A stretch of 64,000 nt of DNA from NCBI GenBank assembly GCA_965279525.1, contig CBDIIB010000005.1:384001-448000 (forward strand), in the 5' to 3' direction. The first letter of the stretch is position 1. Every line of letters begins with the position of its first letter. The position numbers and the translations under genes are program-made. Below are positions 19,315 to 28,890 of the stretch, in pieces. The stretch comes from Tagaea sp. Lineage in GTDB: Bacteria > Pseudomonadota > Alphaproteobacteria > CACIAM-22H2. Below the pieces are notes generated by a model. It searched no databases. It saw only the letters and a program-made list of their open reading frames with translations, and was not told the DNA's origin.

Positions 19315-19673
19315 GCCGCCATCACGTTGAACGCGAACAGCAACCCCGCCGCGATCGCGAAACCGGCACTGGCGGCGACGGCCGTCTTCTGCCGGTCGCT
19401 CCACGGCAGGAACTCGACCGCCAGCAGACGCACGCCGCCGGCCATGTGCGCGGCGAGCAGCACGACGAGACCGGTCTCGGCGAACTTGACCAATGCGTTG
19501 TCGGTCCAGCGCAGCATGCCGTCCAGTGCGGCCTCGCCGCCGATGGCCGTACCCAGCGCCCAGAAATGCAGCGGCACGAAAAGCGTCAGCGCCAGCCCGG
19601 ACAACCGGTGCACGGCAAACGCCCACCACGCGGGGTGCTTGCGGTGCCGAAAAGAGGGGGGCGGCCGGTTCAT
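19311..19673 (-). CDS. Succinate dehydrogenase-like cytochrome b membrane anchor
   Basis: 120 aa, 3 TM; HRLSGLAL, LHF, AHMAGGVR. Confidence 0.85.
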   Translation of the reverse strand: MNRPPPSFRHRKHPAWWAFAVHRLSGLALTLFVPLHFWALGTAIGGEAALDGMLRWTDNALVKFAETGLVVLLAAHMAGGVRLLAVEFLPWSDRQKTAVAASAGFAIAAGLLFAFNVMAA

Positions 19674-20014
19674 GCGAACAGGCCGGCGACCGCGCGCCAG
19701 CCGAACCAGACGAGGAATGCCGCGAACGTGGCGGTCGCCAGATCAAGCGCCGGGCCGCGCCAGCCGAACGTCTCGCGCAGGATGGCGCGCAGGCCGACGG
19801 GGGCATGGACCGCGACCGCGAGAACGAACAGGCCGTAGAACAACGCCAGGCCGAACGAACCGCGCGTGCGCGACAGGATCTCGGCGGCCGTCAGCCCGCC
19901 GCGCACCGCATAGAGGATCGTGGCCAGATGCACGAGCACGCACACGGCGAGCACGGCGGCACTGGCGCGTTGCGCCCCCCACAGCAGCGTTTCGGCGCGC
20001 GCGCGAAATCTCAT
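19670..20014 (-). CDS. Succinate dehydrogenase-like hydrophobic anchor
   Basis: MRFRARAETLLWGAQRASA, VHAPVGLR; 3 TM; 4-bp overlaps with both neighbours. Confidence 0.82.
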   Translation of the reverse strand: MRFRARAETLLWGAQRASAAVLAVCVLVHLATILYAVRGGLTAAEILSRTRGSFGLALFYGLFVLAVAVHAPVGLRAILRETFGWRGPALDLATATFAAFLVWFGWRAVAGLFA

Positions 20015-20724
20015 GCCCCGCCCTTCCATGCCGCGCGCAGCGTGGCGCGCTTCAGCCCCGCGATCGACGCGGTGGGGTTGAGCGATTTGGGGCAGTGCTC
20101 GCGGCACGACTGGTGCGAATGGCAGGCATGGCAGCCCGCGTCGCCGGCGACCGCGTCGAGACGCTCGGCGTTGCCGGCATCGCGCACGTCGTTGACCAGC
20201 GTCCACGCGCGGTTGAGGGCGGCGGGCCCGAGATACTCGGCGTTCCACGCCACGAGATCGCAGGCCGAATAGCACACCGCACAGCCGATGCACTCGATGC
20301 CCGCGTCGGCGGCTTTTCGTTCGGCACTTGCCGGCTCGACCACCGCGAAATCCGCACCGGCGTCGGCCGAGGGCACGAACCTTCCGCCGGCCTTCGCCCA
20401 TTTGTCGAAGAACGGCGCCATGTCGGCGGCGAGATCCTTGATGCGCGGCAGGTTGCGCAGCGGCTCGACCGTCAGCGGGCCGCCTTCCAGACGCGACACG
20501 TGCGTGCGGCAGGTCCAGCGAGGCTTGCCGTTTACCGTCATCGCGCACGAGCCGCACATGCCCACGCGGCACGCGAATCGGTACGAGAGCGTCGGGTCGA
20601 GCTTGCGCTGGATATATGTGACCACGTCGAGCACGGTCTGGCTCGCGCGGCGCGGAACGGAAAAGGTCTCGAACCTTCCGTCCGCGCCGCCGCGCCAGAT
20701 CCGCGCGTCGATCGTGTCGGCCAC
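20011..20724 (-). CDS. Succinate dehydrogenase/fumarate reductase-like iron-sulfur subunit
   Basis: CRVGMCGSC (2Fe-2S), CIGCAVCYSAC (4Fe-4S), CHSHQSCREHCP (3Fe-4S type). Confidence 0.92.
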   Translation of the reverse strand: MADTIDARIWRGGADGRFETFSVPRRASQTVLDVVTYIQRKLDPTLSYRFACRVGMCGSCAMTVNGKPRWTCRTHVSRLEGGPLTVEPLRNLPRIKDLAADMAPFFDKWAKAGGRFVPSADAGADFAVVEPASAERKAADAGIECIGCAVCYSACDLVAWNAEYLGPAALNRAWTLVNDVRDAGNAERLDAVAGDAGCHACHSHQSCREHCPKSLNPTASIAGLKRATLRAAWKGGA

Positions 20725-20731
20725 GAAGGGC

Positions 20732-21940
20732 CTAGGCGCTCTGGTAGAGCTTCGTCATCACGAATTCGCGATGCCCGAGGGCCTCGGCGCAGGTGTAGCG
20801 GCCGTTGCACACGCGGATCATCACGTCGATCAGACGGTCGCCCGCCTCATCGAGATCCATCTCGCGGCGCAGGATGCCGGAGACGTCGAGATCGATATGC
20901 TCGGGCATCTCGCGCGCGGTCTTCGGGTTCGCCGTGAGCTTGATGACCGGCTCGATCGGGTTGCCGATGACGTTGCCCTGCCCCGTCGGGAACAGGTGCA
21001 CGACGAAACCGGCGGCCGCCTGCAGGGTCACGCATTCGGCCGCGGCCGACGACGTGTCCATGAAGTAGAGACCTGCCCCCTTCTTGGGCATCTCGGCGGG
21101 GGCGAGCACGTCCACGTACTTCGTCTTGTGGCCGATCTTCTGGAAATTGCCGAAGGCCTTTTCCTCGATCGTCGTCAGGCCGCCCGCGATGTTGCCCTTG
21201 GTCGGCTGGGATTCCGACAGGTCGCTCGTCTTGAAGCGGTTGATCATGTCCTGGTAGGCGTTGAAGATCGTCATGAACTTGTCGGCGGTCTTCTTGTCGA
21301 CCGCGCGCTTGACCATCTCCTTCTCGGCCCCGGTCAGCTCCGAGGTCTCGCCAAAGCACGTGGTGGCACCCAGCGGATCGACCTTGTCGATGAGGTTGCC
21401 GACCGTCGGGCACGAGGCGAGGCCCGACGTGGTGTCGGACTCGCCGCACTTGGTCGAGACCCACAGCTCCTCGATCGTGCACTGCTCGCGCTGCTTCTCG
21501 GTCGCCCACATGACGAACTGCTGCGCCACGCGGCTGGCGGCCTCGATCGTGCGCAGGTCGCCGTTGCCTTCGATGGCGAAGCCCTGCACGGGCTTGCCGG
21601 TCTTGGCGATGCCTTCGACCACGCGGCCCGTCCAGCCCGGCTCGATGCCGATGACGACGACGGCCGCGACGTTGGCGTTGCAGCCGGTGCCGATCAGCGT
21701 GCGGAAGTGGAGTGCGAGATCCTCGCCGAACTGCAGGCGCCCGTAGGCGTGCGGCAGCGCCATCGTGCCCTTGATGTTGTTGGCGACGGCTTCGGCCGCC
21801 GCGTTCGACAGGTCGTCGAGCGGCAGGATGATGACGTGGTTGCGGATGCCGACACGCCCGTTTTCGCGGCGATAGCCCATGAAGGGCAGCTTGCCGGTGT
21901 TCTTCGAGCGCTTCTTGATGATCGCGGGGGCCTTGGCCAT
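20732..21940 (-). CDS. suyB: (2R)-sulfolactate sulfo-lyase large subunit (UxaA family)
   Basis: [57 protein letters not shown]; split UxaA with small SAF partner. Confidence 0.88.
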   Translation of the reverse strand: MAKAPAIIKKRSKNTGKLPFMGYRRENGRVGIRNHVIILPLDDLSNAAAEAVANNIKGTMALPHAYGRLQFGEDLALHFRTLIGTGCNANVAAVVVIGIEPGWTGRVVEGIAKTGKPVQGFAIEGNGDLRTIEAASRVAQQFVMWATEKQREQCTIEELWVSTKCGESDTTSGLASCPTVGNLIDKVDPLGATTCFGETSELTGAEKEMVKRAVDKKTADKFMTIFNAYQDMINRFKTSDLSESQPTKGNIAGGLTTIEEKAFGNFQKIGHKTKYVDVLAPAEMPKKGAGLYFMDTSSAAAECVTLQAAAGFVVHLFPTGQGNVIGNPIEPVIKLTANPKTAREMPEHIDLDVSGILRREMDLDEAGDRLIDVMIRVCNGRYTCAEALGHREFVMTKLYQSA

Positions 21941-21953
21941 GTCGATCTCTCCC

Positions 21954-22238
21954 TTACCAGCGCTTGGTTTTCATGTTGTGGATATGGACGTGGTCGCCCT
22001 TCTTGGTATCCGCGACGACCTTGCCGATGTCGTGCCCGTACTTGATCACGGTGTCGCCCTTCTTGAGGTCGACCATCGCGATCTTGTGGCCGAGCGGAAT
22101 GGCCTTGAGCGCCTTCACGCGCACGGTCCCGTCGCCTTCCATGAGCCAGCCTTCGAGGGCGGCACCCGGCTTGACGGTTTCGACGACGATGACACCGACG
22201 GTGTCCTTCTTGTCGTGGACGATGAATTGGGTCGCCAT
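21954..22238 (-). CDS. suyA: (2R)-sulfolactate sulfo-lyase small subunit (SAF domain)
   Basis: 94 aa; [35 protein letters not shown]. Confidence 0.88.
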   Translation of the reverse strand: MATQFIVHDKKDTVGVIVVETVKPGAALEGWLMEGDGTVRVKALKAIPLGHKIAMVDLKKGDTVIKYGHDIGKVVADTKKGDHVHIHNMKTKRW

Positions 22239-22278
22239 TTCCCCCTCGCGGTTTTTATGGGTTGTCGGATGGTCGCGA

Positions 22279-22308
22279 ACGCTACGCCCGGCTTGCGCGA
22301 CCCGTCAA
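22279..22308 (-). promoter_or_regulatory. Candidate sigma70 promoter for the suyA operon
   Basis: Minus strand TTGACG-N18-TAGCGT about 40 bp upstream of the suyA start. Confidence 0.4.
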
Positions 22309-22312
22309 CCGG

Positions 22313-22326
22313 GTCTTATATAAGAC
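22313..22326. promoter_or_regulatory. Candidate GntR/HutC operator
   Basis: Perfect 14-bp palindrome GTCTTATATAAGAC between divergent suyA and gntR; fits the GT..TA..AC pattern of GntR sites. Confidence 0.7.
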
Positions 22327-22334
22327 TCGAGATC

Positions 22335-23048
22335 ATGGAAACGCGCCCGCTCTACCGCCAGATCAAGGAAGCGCTGATGCGCCGTCTCGTCGACGGGCGC
22401 TGGCGTGCGGGCGAGCTGATCCCGTCCGAGCATGCGCTCGCATCCGAGCTTGGCGTGAGCCAGGGCACGGTGCGCCGGTCGCTCGACGAGCTGGCCCGCG
22501 CCAACCTCGTCGTGCGCCGGCAGGGCAAGGGCACGTTCGTGGCCGAGCACACGCGCGAGCGCGCCCTGTTCCACTTCTTCCATCTGGTCGGCGACGACGG
22601 CAAGCGGGCTTTGCCCGGCAGCCGCGTGCTGGCCGTCAAGGCGGGGCCGGCCTCGCGCGAGGAAGCGCGCCGGCTCGAACTTGCCGCCGGCGCGAAAGTG
22701 GTGCGGCTCCATCGCCTGCGCATGCTCGACGGGCGTGCCGCGATCGTCGAGCGCATCGTGCTGCCGGCCACCCTTTATGACGGGATCGAACGGCTCGACC
22801 GCGCGGGCCTGCCCAACGAGCTCTACAAGCTCTACCAGGACCGCTACGGCGTGTCGGTCGCGCGCGCGGCCGAAAAACTGAAGGCCGCCCCGGCGGGGCC
22901 GGAAGATGCCGCACATCTGGGCCTGCGCAGCGGGGCGGCCGTGCTGGAGATCGACCGGATCGCCTACGCGCTCGACGGCAGGCCCTGCGAATGGCGGGTA
23001 TCCCGCTGCGATACGGCCGCCCACCACTACGTTTCCGAAGTGGTCTAG
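22335..23048 (+). CDS. GntR family regulator, HutC/UTRA subfamily
   Basis: METRPLYRQIK, IPSEHAL, VSQGTVRR, RQGKGTFV, C-terminal UTRA domain. Confidence 0.93.
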   Translation: METRPLYRQIKEALMRRLVDGRWRAGELIPSEHALASELGVSQGTVRRSLDELARANLVVRRQGKGTFVAEHTRERALFHFFHLVGDDGKRALPGSRVLAVKAGPASREEARRLELAAGAKVVRLHRLRMLDGRAAIVERIVLPATLYDGIERLDRAGLPNELYKLYQDRYGVSVARAAEKLKAAPAGPEDAAHLGLRSGAAVLEIDRIAYALDGRPCEWRVSRCDTAAHHYVSEVV

Positions 23049-23058
23049 AATCCCGGCC

Positions 23059-24192
23059 ATGGCGAGTCCCGAGGAAATCCGCAACGGCCTGCGCGAACTG
23101 GATTTCGCGCTCCACGCCGCGTGGAAGCTCGGCCAGCACATGGTCGCGGGCTGGATGCACGAGGCCAACGTGGTGGCGATCTGCGCCGCCCCGGTGTGGC
23201 GCGTGCTGGCCGAAGCGCCCAACGTGCCGCGCATCCTGTCGGGCGGCCGGCACATGGGGGCATCGACCTTCGGAGAGGTGTGCAAGGCGCTGCAGGCGCG
23301 GCCCATCCGCGTCGACCTGCCCTTCACGGTGGGCGAGAACAAGGGCGAGATCGACCCGCAGGTGATCGACCAGGTCGTGCGCCGCTACGGCGTGTCGCGC
23401 TCGGAACACCGCGCCGTCATGCTGTTCGACATCGTCGGTTTCTCGAAGGTCGATCCGCTGGCGCAGATGGCCCAACTTGCCTCGCTCGAATTCTCGATCA
23501 ACAACGCGGCCAAGAAGCTTTCGGAAGCCGGGCTCGACGTGGAACTGGCGCGCTCGACGGTCGGCGACGGGTTCTATGTGTGGAACCGCGCGCGCGGCTT
23601 CGAGGCGGACCTTCGCACCTATGCCGCGATGGTGCTGATCCTGGCCGACAACGCGGTCGCGCGCACGCGCGGCGAGGCGCGCTTCGTGCCGGTGATGCGC
23701 ACGTGCTTCTCGATCGGCAGCCACTACGCCTACCACCAGATCGAAGGCACGCGGCCACGCGGCTTCGAATATCTCGTGGGCGAGGTGACGATCCAGCTCG
23801 CGCGCCTGATCGGCAAGGCCCTCGCCAACCAGGTCTGCATCGGCAGCTTCGTGCGGCCGACCGAGCCGCCGGTCGTGCGCAACCTCGACACGATCCTGTT
23901 CCTGGCGCGCGCCGAAAAGCTGCTCGAGAAGCTGCAGGGCCTGTCGATCGGCGGCTACGCGATTTCCCGCGTGCGCAGCCAGGTCACCGGCGGCAAAGTC
24001 GGCGAGGCGACGCTGCCGGTGGTCATGCACCGCATCGTCGACAAGCACGGCTACAACCACGACCTGTTCAACGCGCGCGTGCTGGTCCAGCGCGACGAGA
24101 CCGACCCGATCGTCGTGGGATTGAAGCCCGAGGATCTGGGCGAGTTCGAGGCGGCGGCATTGCCTTACAGGCTGCCCGATCCGGCGGCCTGA
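23059..24192 (+). CDS. Hypothetical protein with class III nucleotidyl cyclase-like domain
   Basis: AVMLFDIVGFSK and STVGDGFY metal-binding Asp motifs; GEVTIQLARL. Confidence 0.65.
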   Translation: MASPEEIRNGLRELDFALHAAWKLGQHMVAGWMHEANVVAICAAPVWRVLAEAPNVPRILSGGRHMGASTFGEVCKALQARPIRVDLPFTVGENKGEIDPQVIDQVVRRYGVSRSEHRAVMLFDIVGFSKVDPLAQMAQLASLEFSINNAAKKLSEAGLDVELARSTVGDGFYVWNRARGFEADLRTYAAMVLILADNAVARTRGEARFVPVMRTCFSIGSHYAYHQIEGTRPRGFEYLVGEVTIQLARLIGKALANQVCIGSFVRPTEPPVVRNLDTILFLARAEKLLEKLQGLSIGGYAISRVRSQVTGGKVGEATLPVVMHRIVDKHGYNHDLFNARVLVQRDETDPIVVGLKPEDLGEFEAAALPYRLPDPAA

Positions 24193-25634
24193 CCGGGGGG
24201 TGCTTGCGAGTCGGCGAAGGCGATGCGGACTTTCAGGCCGCACCCCGAATCGCCGTCGGAAAGCGTCAATGTCGCGCCGTGCGACCGGCAAATGTCCGCG
24301 ACGATCGCCAGTCCCAGTCCCGAGCCGTGGCGGTCACCCTCACCGCGCGTGGGTATCCGGTAAAATGGTTCGAGGACCCGCTCGCGTTCGGCTGGCGGAA
24401 TTCCCGATCCGCTGTCCACGATCTCGATCGCGGCAGCCGGATCATGCAGGATCCGCACGACGACGGACCCGCCCGCCGGCGTGTACCGGATCGCGTTGTC
24501 GACCAGATTGACGATGGCCTCGTGCACGAGGACGGCATTGCCCTGCACGCTCCGCTCGCGGGCCGCCTGGACGTCGAGGGTCATCGCAATCCGCTTCTTC
24601 ACGGCGGCCGGCGCGAGTTCGAGGCAGACCTGCCGCGCGATGTCCTCGAGCCGGATCGCGGAAAGCTCGCCGATCGCGCCGACCTGTTCGACACGGGCCA
24701 GGCTGAGAAGCTGGTTGGACAGCCGGACCGCCTGGTCGGTCGTGGCGCCCAGGGCGCGCAGGATGTCCCGCACCGATGCCGGGTCGTCGGCGCGCAGTGC
24801 CAGCTCCGAATTGGTCTTCAGCAGCGTCAGTGGCGTGCGCAGCTGATGCGACGCATCGGCGATGAATCGCCGCTGCCGGTCGATCAGCCGCCGCGAGACG
24901 GCCATATAGTGGTTGATCGCGTCGATGAGCGGACGCACCTCCTTGTGGACGATGTTCGGATCGATCTGCGCCAGCTCCGTCGGCTCCCTGCGTTCGACCT
25001 CTTGGCGCAGCCGGACCAGCGGACCGAGTGCAAGCCGCAAGGCGAACAGCGCGAGCAGCGCCTGGACGACGACGAGGAGCGTCAAGCGCCAGAGCGAGTC
25101 CGTCAGGATGTCGCGCGTCAGCAGATTGCGGGCGTCGAGTGTCTCGCCGACCTGGATGAGCGCCATGCCGCGCACGGTGCCGTCATAGATCGGCTGATGG
25201 AGTGCCGCGACCCGCAGCGCGTGCCCGTCGTAGGTCTCGTCGTAGAAATGCACGAGTGCGGGATACGCGTCCGATCTCGGCGTTCCGGCCGGCACCGGCG
25301 GCAGGTCGCCGTAACCGGAAATGAACTCGCCCGCGATCCCCGTGATCTTGTAGTAGAGGCGCCCCGGCGAATCGGACTCGAATATGTCGAGCGCCACGTA
25401 CGGCACGTCGACGACGACGCGCCCGTCGAGCATCTGGACCCGTTCGGAGATCGCCCGAGCCGTCGCAAGCAGCGTCCTGTCGTAGGCGAAGTTGACCGCG
25501 GCGTGGACGTTTCCGTAGATCACGATCGAATTCACGACGATCAGTCCGGCCAGCGGCACAAGCAGCCATCGCATCAGCTGTCCGCGCAGGCTGCCGAGCG
25601 GACGGCGTGGCCCCGTCGCCTTGACGTCAGGCAT
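24165..25634 (-). CDS. tctE: TctE-like sensor histidine kinase
   Basis: 2 TM, AYDRTLL periplasmic domain, ASHQLRTPL H-box, NLVDNAIRY, DSGSG, GSGLGL. Confidence 0.85.
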   Translation of the reverse strand: MPDVKATGPRRPLGSLRGQLMRWLLVPLAGLIVVNSIVIYGNVHAAVNFAYDRTLLATARAISERVQMLDGRVVVDVPYVALDIFESDSPGRLYYKITGIAGEFISGYGDLPPVPAGTPRSDAYPALVHFYDETYDGHALRVAALHQPIYDGTVRGMALIQVGETLDARNLLTRDILTDSLWRLTLLVVVQALLALFALRLALGPLVRLRQEVERREPTELAQIDPNIVHKEVRPLIDAINHYMAVSRRLIDRQRRFIADASHQLRTPLTLLKTNSELALRADDPASVRDILRALGATTDQAVRLSNQLLSLARVEQVGAIGELSAIRLEDIARQVCLELAPAAVKKRIAMTLDVQAARERSVQGNAVLVHEAIVNLVDNAIRYTPAGGSVVVRILHDPAAAIEIVDSGSGIPPAERERVLEPFYRIPTRGEGDRHGSGLGLAIVADICRSHGATLTLSDGDSGCGLKVRIAFADSQAPPGQAAGSGSL

Positions 25635-26298
25635 CCGCGATCTCCAGCAGGTAGCCGATGCCCCGCAGGGTGACGATCTTGACGCCGCTGCCTTCAAGCT
25701 TCCGGCGGATGCGGTGGACATAGATCTCGATCGCATCCGGACTGGCGTCCGCATCCGATACGAAAATGCTTTCGAACAGGCGGTCCTTGCTGACCGCCTT
25801 GCCGGGGCGCGCGATCAGGAGCTCGAGCACCGCGCGTTCGCGCGGTGTAAAGACGAGCGGAACGCCCGCGCACGAGAAGGTGCGCTCGACGCTGTCGAAG
25901 ACCAGGTTTCCGCACGCGATCAGGGCGGTGCCGTGGCCGTGGCTGCGCCTCAGAAGGGCCTTGGCCCGGGCTTCAAGCTCGGTGAGTTCGAAGGGCTTGG
26001 CGAGATAGTCGTCGGCGCCGAGATTCAGCCCCTGCACCCGGTCCGTGACCGACCCCCGCGCCGTAAGCACGAGGACGGGCGTGTCGCCGCCACGCGCGCG
26101 CAGCCGCTTCAGCACTTCCAGCCCGTCGAGGTCCGGCAGGGTCAGATCGAGTATCGCGAGCGCGTAGCTCTGGTCCCGGAGAAGCGCGTCGGCGTCGAGG
26201 CCATTGTCGGCGCACTCCACGGTAAAGCCGGCGTCGCGAAGCGCTCTCGCGAGCGAACGGGCCAGATCGCCATGGTCTTCCACGAGCAGAATTCGCAT
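25627..26298 (-). CDS. tctD: TctD-like OmpR family response regulator
   Basis: MRILLVED, LDLTLP, GADDYLAKPF, AIEIYVHRIRRKL. Confidence 0.88.
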   Translation of the reverse strand: MRILLVEDHGDLARSLARALRDAGFTVECADNGLDADALLRDQSYALAILDLTLPDLDGLEVLKRLRARGGDTPVLVLTARGSVTDRVQGLNLGADDYLAKPFELTELEARAKALLRRSHGHGTALIACGNLVFDSVERTFSCAGVPLVFTPRERAVLELLIARPGKAVSKDRLFESIFVSDADASPDAIEIYVHRIRRKLEGSGVKIVTLRGIGYLLEIADA

Positions 26299-26390
26299 CG
26301 ATCTTACCCGCGCGCCAGGACGGACACGGTGATAGAGTTATCGCGGCGCCGACCAAGCCTCAAGATTCGTTTCAAAAATGGAGCATCCGG

Positions 26391-27353
26391 GTGGTTAGCC
26401 GACTGATCTGGGCCTTCGTTTGTGCCGTCGTGGCGGCGATCGCCCTTCCGGCGATCGCCCGCGCGGCGGGGCCCGAATGCATAGCGCCTGCCCGGCAGGG
26501 TGGCGGATTCGACCTGACCTGCCGGCTTGCGCAAGCGGGACTTGGCGAAGACGTCGGCTTGCGCGTCACCTACATGCCCGGCGGCGTAGGTGCTGTCGCG
26601 TACAACATGGTCGTCGCGCAGCGAACCGCCGAGCGCGACACGATCGTCGCATTTTCCGGCGGCTCTCTCCTCAATCTCGCCCAAGGCAAGTTCGGCAAGT
26701 TCTCCGGCCGCGAAGTCAGATGGATAGCGGCGATCGGTGCCGACTACGGGATGGTCGCGGTCCGCGCCGACGCGCCCTACCGGAGCCTTCAGGACCTGAT
26801 CGGTGCCGTCAAGAAGTCGCCGAGGAAACGCGTGTTCGGCGGCGGCGGCACAGTCGGCAGCCAGGACTGGATGAAGGCGGCCGCACTCCTGCGCATGGCG
26901 AATGTCGACCACAGGGCGTTTCCCTACGTCTCGTTCGAAGGCGGCGGCGAGGCATCGACGGCACTGCTGAGCGGACACGTGCAGGTATACACAGGCGACG
27001 TCTCGGAAGTCGGCCAGCTCTGGCGCGAGGGCCGGATCCGCATCCTCGCGGTCCTTTCCGACACGCGTCTTGCCGGCGAAATGGCGTCGATACCGACGGC
27101 CCGTGAGCAGGGCTATCCGCTTGCGTGGCCGACCGTGCGGGGGTTCTACATGGGGCCCAATGTCGATCCGGGGGACTACGAGCGTTGGGTCGGACGGTTC
27201 AGGGAAATGCTCGCAAGCGAGAAATTCCGCGACGCCCGGCTTGCCAGCGCTCTCCTCCCGTTCGACAGGACCAGCGACGATCTTGCTCAGTATGTCGAAC
27301 GCTCGATCGCCGAGTACCGCGAGCTCGCGCGGACATTCGGACTGGCTAACTGA
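26391..27353 (+). CDS. tctC: Tripartite tricarboxylate transporter substrate-binding protein (second copy)
   Basis: ECIAPARQGGGFDLTCR, PGGVGAVAYN, GSQDWMKA, FEGGGE. Confidence 0.88.
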   Translation: MVSRLIWAFVCAVVAAIALPAIARAAGPECIAPARQGGGFDLTCRLAQAGLGEDVGLRVTYMPGGVGAVAYNMVVAQRTAERDTIVAFSGGSLLNLAQGKFGKFSGREVRWIAAIGADYGMVAVRADAPYRSLQDLIGAVKKSPRKRVFGGGGTVGSQDWMKAAALLRMANVDHRAFPYVSFEGGGEASTALLSGHVQVYTGDVSEVGQLWREGRIRILAVLSDTRLAGEMASIPTAREQGYPLAWPTVRGFYMGPNVDPGDYERWVGRFREMLASEKFRDARLASALLPFDRTSDDLAQYVERSIAEYRELARTFGLAN

Positions 27354-27381
27354 CCGGCGCACGAAGGGGCCAACGACGTCC

Positions 27382-28887
27382 CTAACCCACGCGATCGCGT
27401 CGCTCGCTGCGCGCACGCCACCGGTTCACTAGCGCCGGTGCGAACACGATCACCACCGCGCAGCACCAGAGGACCTGGGAAATGCTGCTCTCGACGAGGA
27501 TCGAAAGTTCGCCGCCGCTGATCGCCAGCGCGTTGCGCAGGTTCTTCTCCGCGACGTCGCCGAGAACGAAGCCGAGGACGATGGGAGCCAGGTCGAACTC
27601 CAGCTTCCGGGCGAGATACCCGAACACGCCGACCCCGAGCATCAGGACGATCGAGAATACGCTCGAATAGGCGCTGTAGACGCCGAGGAACGACAGCACG
27701 AGGATGCCCGGCAGCAGGACCCAGTTGGGGACGGTCAGCATGCGCACGAACAGGCCGATCATCGGCAGGTTCATCAGCAGCAGGATCACGTTGCCGATAT
27801 ACATCGACGCGATGAGTCCGCCCGCCAGTTCGGGTCTGTCGGTGAAGAGCTGCGGCCCGGGCATGATGTTATAGAGCATCAGGGCGCCCAGCATCACCGC
27901 GGTGGTCCCGCTGCCGGGTACGCCCAGCGTGAGCATCGGGACGAACGCGCCGCCGGCGGCCGCGTTGTTCGCGGCCTCGGGGGCGGCAAGCCCGCGTACG
28001 TCGCCCTTGCCGAACGTGCCACGGTCGAGCAGCCGCTTTTCGGTCGTGTAGGAGATCGCGCTGGCGACCGACGCGCCGGTCCCGGGCAACACGCCGACGA
28101 CGAAGCCGATCCCGGTCGAGCGCAGGGTCGGCCAGATGCAGGCGCGCAGGTCTGCCCAGCTTGGAAAGCCCTTCCCGACCTTGACCGGCTTCAGGCGGCC
28201 GTGGAATTCCTTCTCGAGCATCAGCAGGACCTCGCTGATCGAGAACAGGCCGATCACCAGGATGATGAACTCGATCCCGTCGTAGAGTTCCGGCTCGTCG
28301 AACGTGAAGCGGTAGGCACCGGAGGTCGGATCGAGCCCGATCGTGGCGAGCATGAGGCCGATCGTGCAGCCGATCATCGTCTTGACCGGCTCGGCACCGA
28401 CCATCGAGCTCAACGTCGCGAACGCGAACACCATCAGCACGAAGTACTCGGCCGGTCCGAAGCCGATCGCGAGTTTTCCGAGCAGCGGCGCGAAGAGCGT
28501 CAACCCGACGACCGCGAGCATTCCGCCGACGAACGAACTGATGGCGCTTATCGCCAGCGCCTCCGCGGCACGCCCCTGCCGCGCCATCGGATAGCCGTCG
28601 AGTGCCGTCATCACGGCACCGGCATCGCCGGGTACGTTCAGCAGGATCGATGATATCCGACCGCCGTATTCGGCGCCGTAATAGATGCCGGCGAGAAGAA
28701 TCATCGTGCTCTCGGCCGGCACGCCGAGGGTGTAGAGAAGCGGCAGCAGCAGCGCGATTCCGTTGATCGGCCCGATCGCGGGCAGAGCGCCGACGATCGT
28801 GCCGAGGAAGCAGCCGGCAAGCCCGTAGAGCAGATTCTGCCACTGGAGGGCGACGCCGAATCCGGTCCAGAGATAGTCGAGCGACAT
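27382..28887 (-). CDS. tctA: Tripartite tricarboxylate transporter permease
   Basis: 501 aa; [31 protein letters not shown]. Confidence 0.93.
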   Translation of the reverse strand: MSLDYLWTGFGVALQWQNLLYGLAGCFLGTIVGALPAIGPINGIALLLPLLYTLGVPAESTMILLAGIYYGAEYGGRISSILLNVPGDAGAVMTALDGYPMARQGRAAEALAISAISSFVGGMLAVVGLTLFAPLLGKLAIGFGPAEYFVLMVFAFATLSSMVGAEPVKTMIGCTIGLMLATIGLDPTSGAYRFTFDEPELYDGIEFIILVIGLFSISEVLLMLEKEFHGRLKPVKVGKGFPSWADLRACIWPTLRSTGIGFVVGVLPGTGASVASAISYTTEKRLLDRGTFGKGDVRGLAAPEAANNAAAGGAFVPMLTLGVPGSGTTAVMLGALMLYNIMPGPQLFTDRPELAGGLIASMYIGNVILLLMNLPMIGLFVRMLTVPNWVLLPGILVLSFLGVYSAYSSVFSIVLMLGVGVFGYLARKLEFDLAPIVLGFVLGDVAEKNLRNALAISGGELSILVESSISQVLWCCAVVIVFAPALVNRWRARSERRDRVG

Positions 28888-28890
28888 CGT

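Noticed and set aside
20732-22238. UxaA/GarD altronate or galactarate dehydratase
   Set aside because: Split architecture, the [10 protein letters not shown] motif and comC/slcC/tauE context favour SuyAB
23059-24192. Pycsar/CBASS-type anti-phage system
   Set aside because: No adjacent TIR or TM effector and no defence-island context
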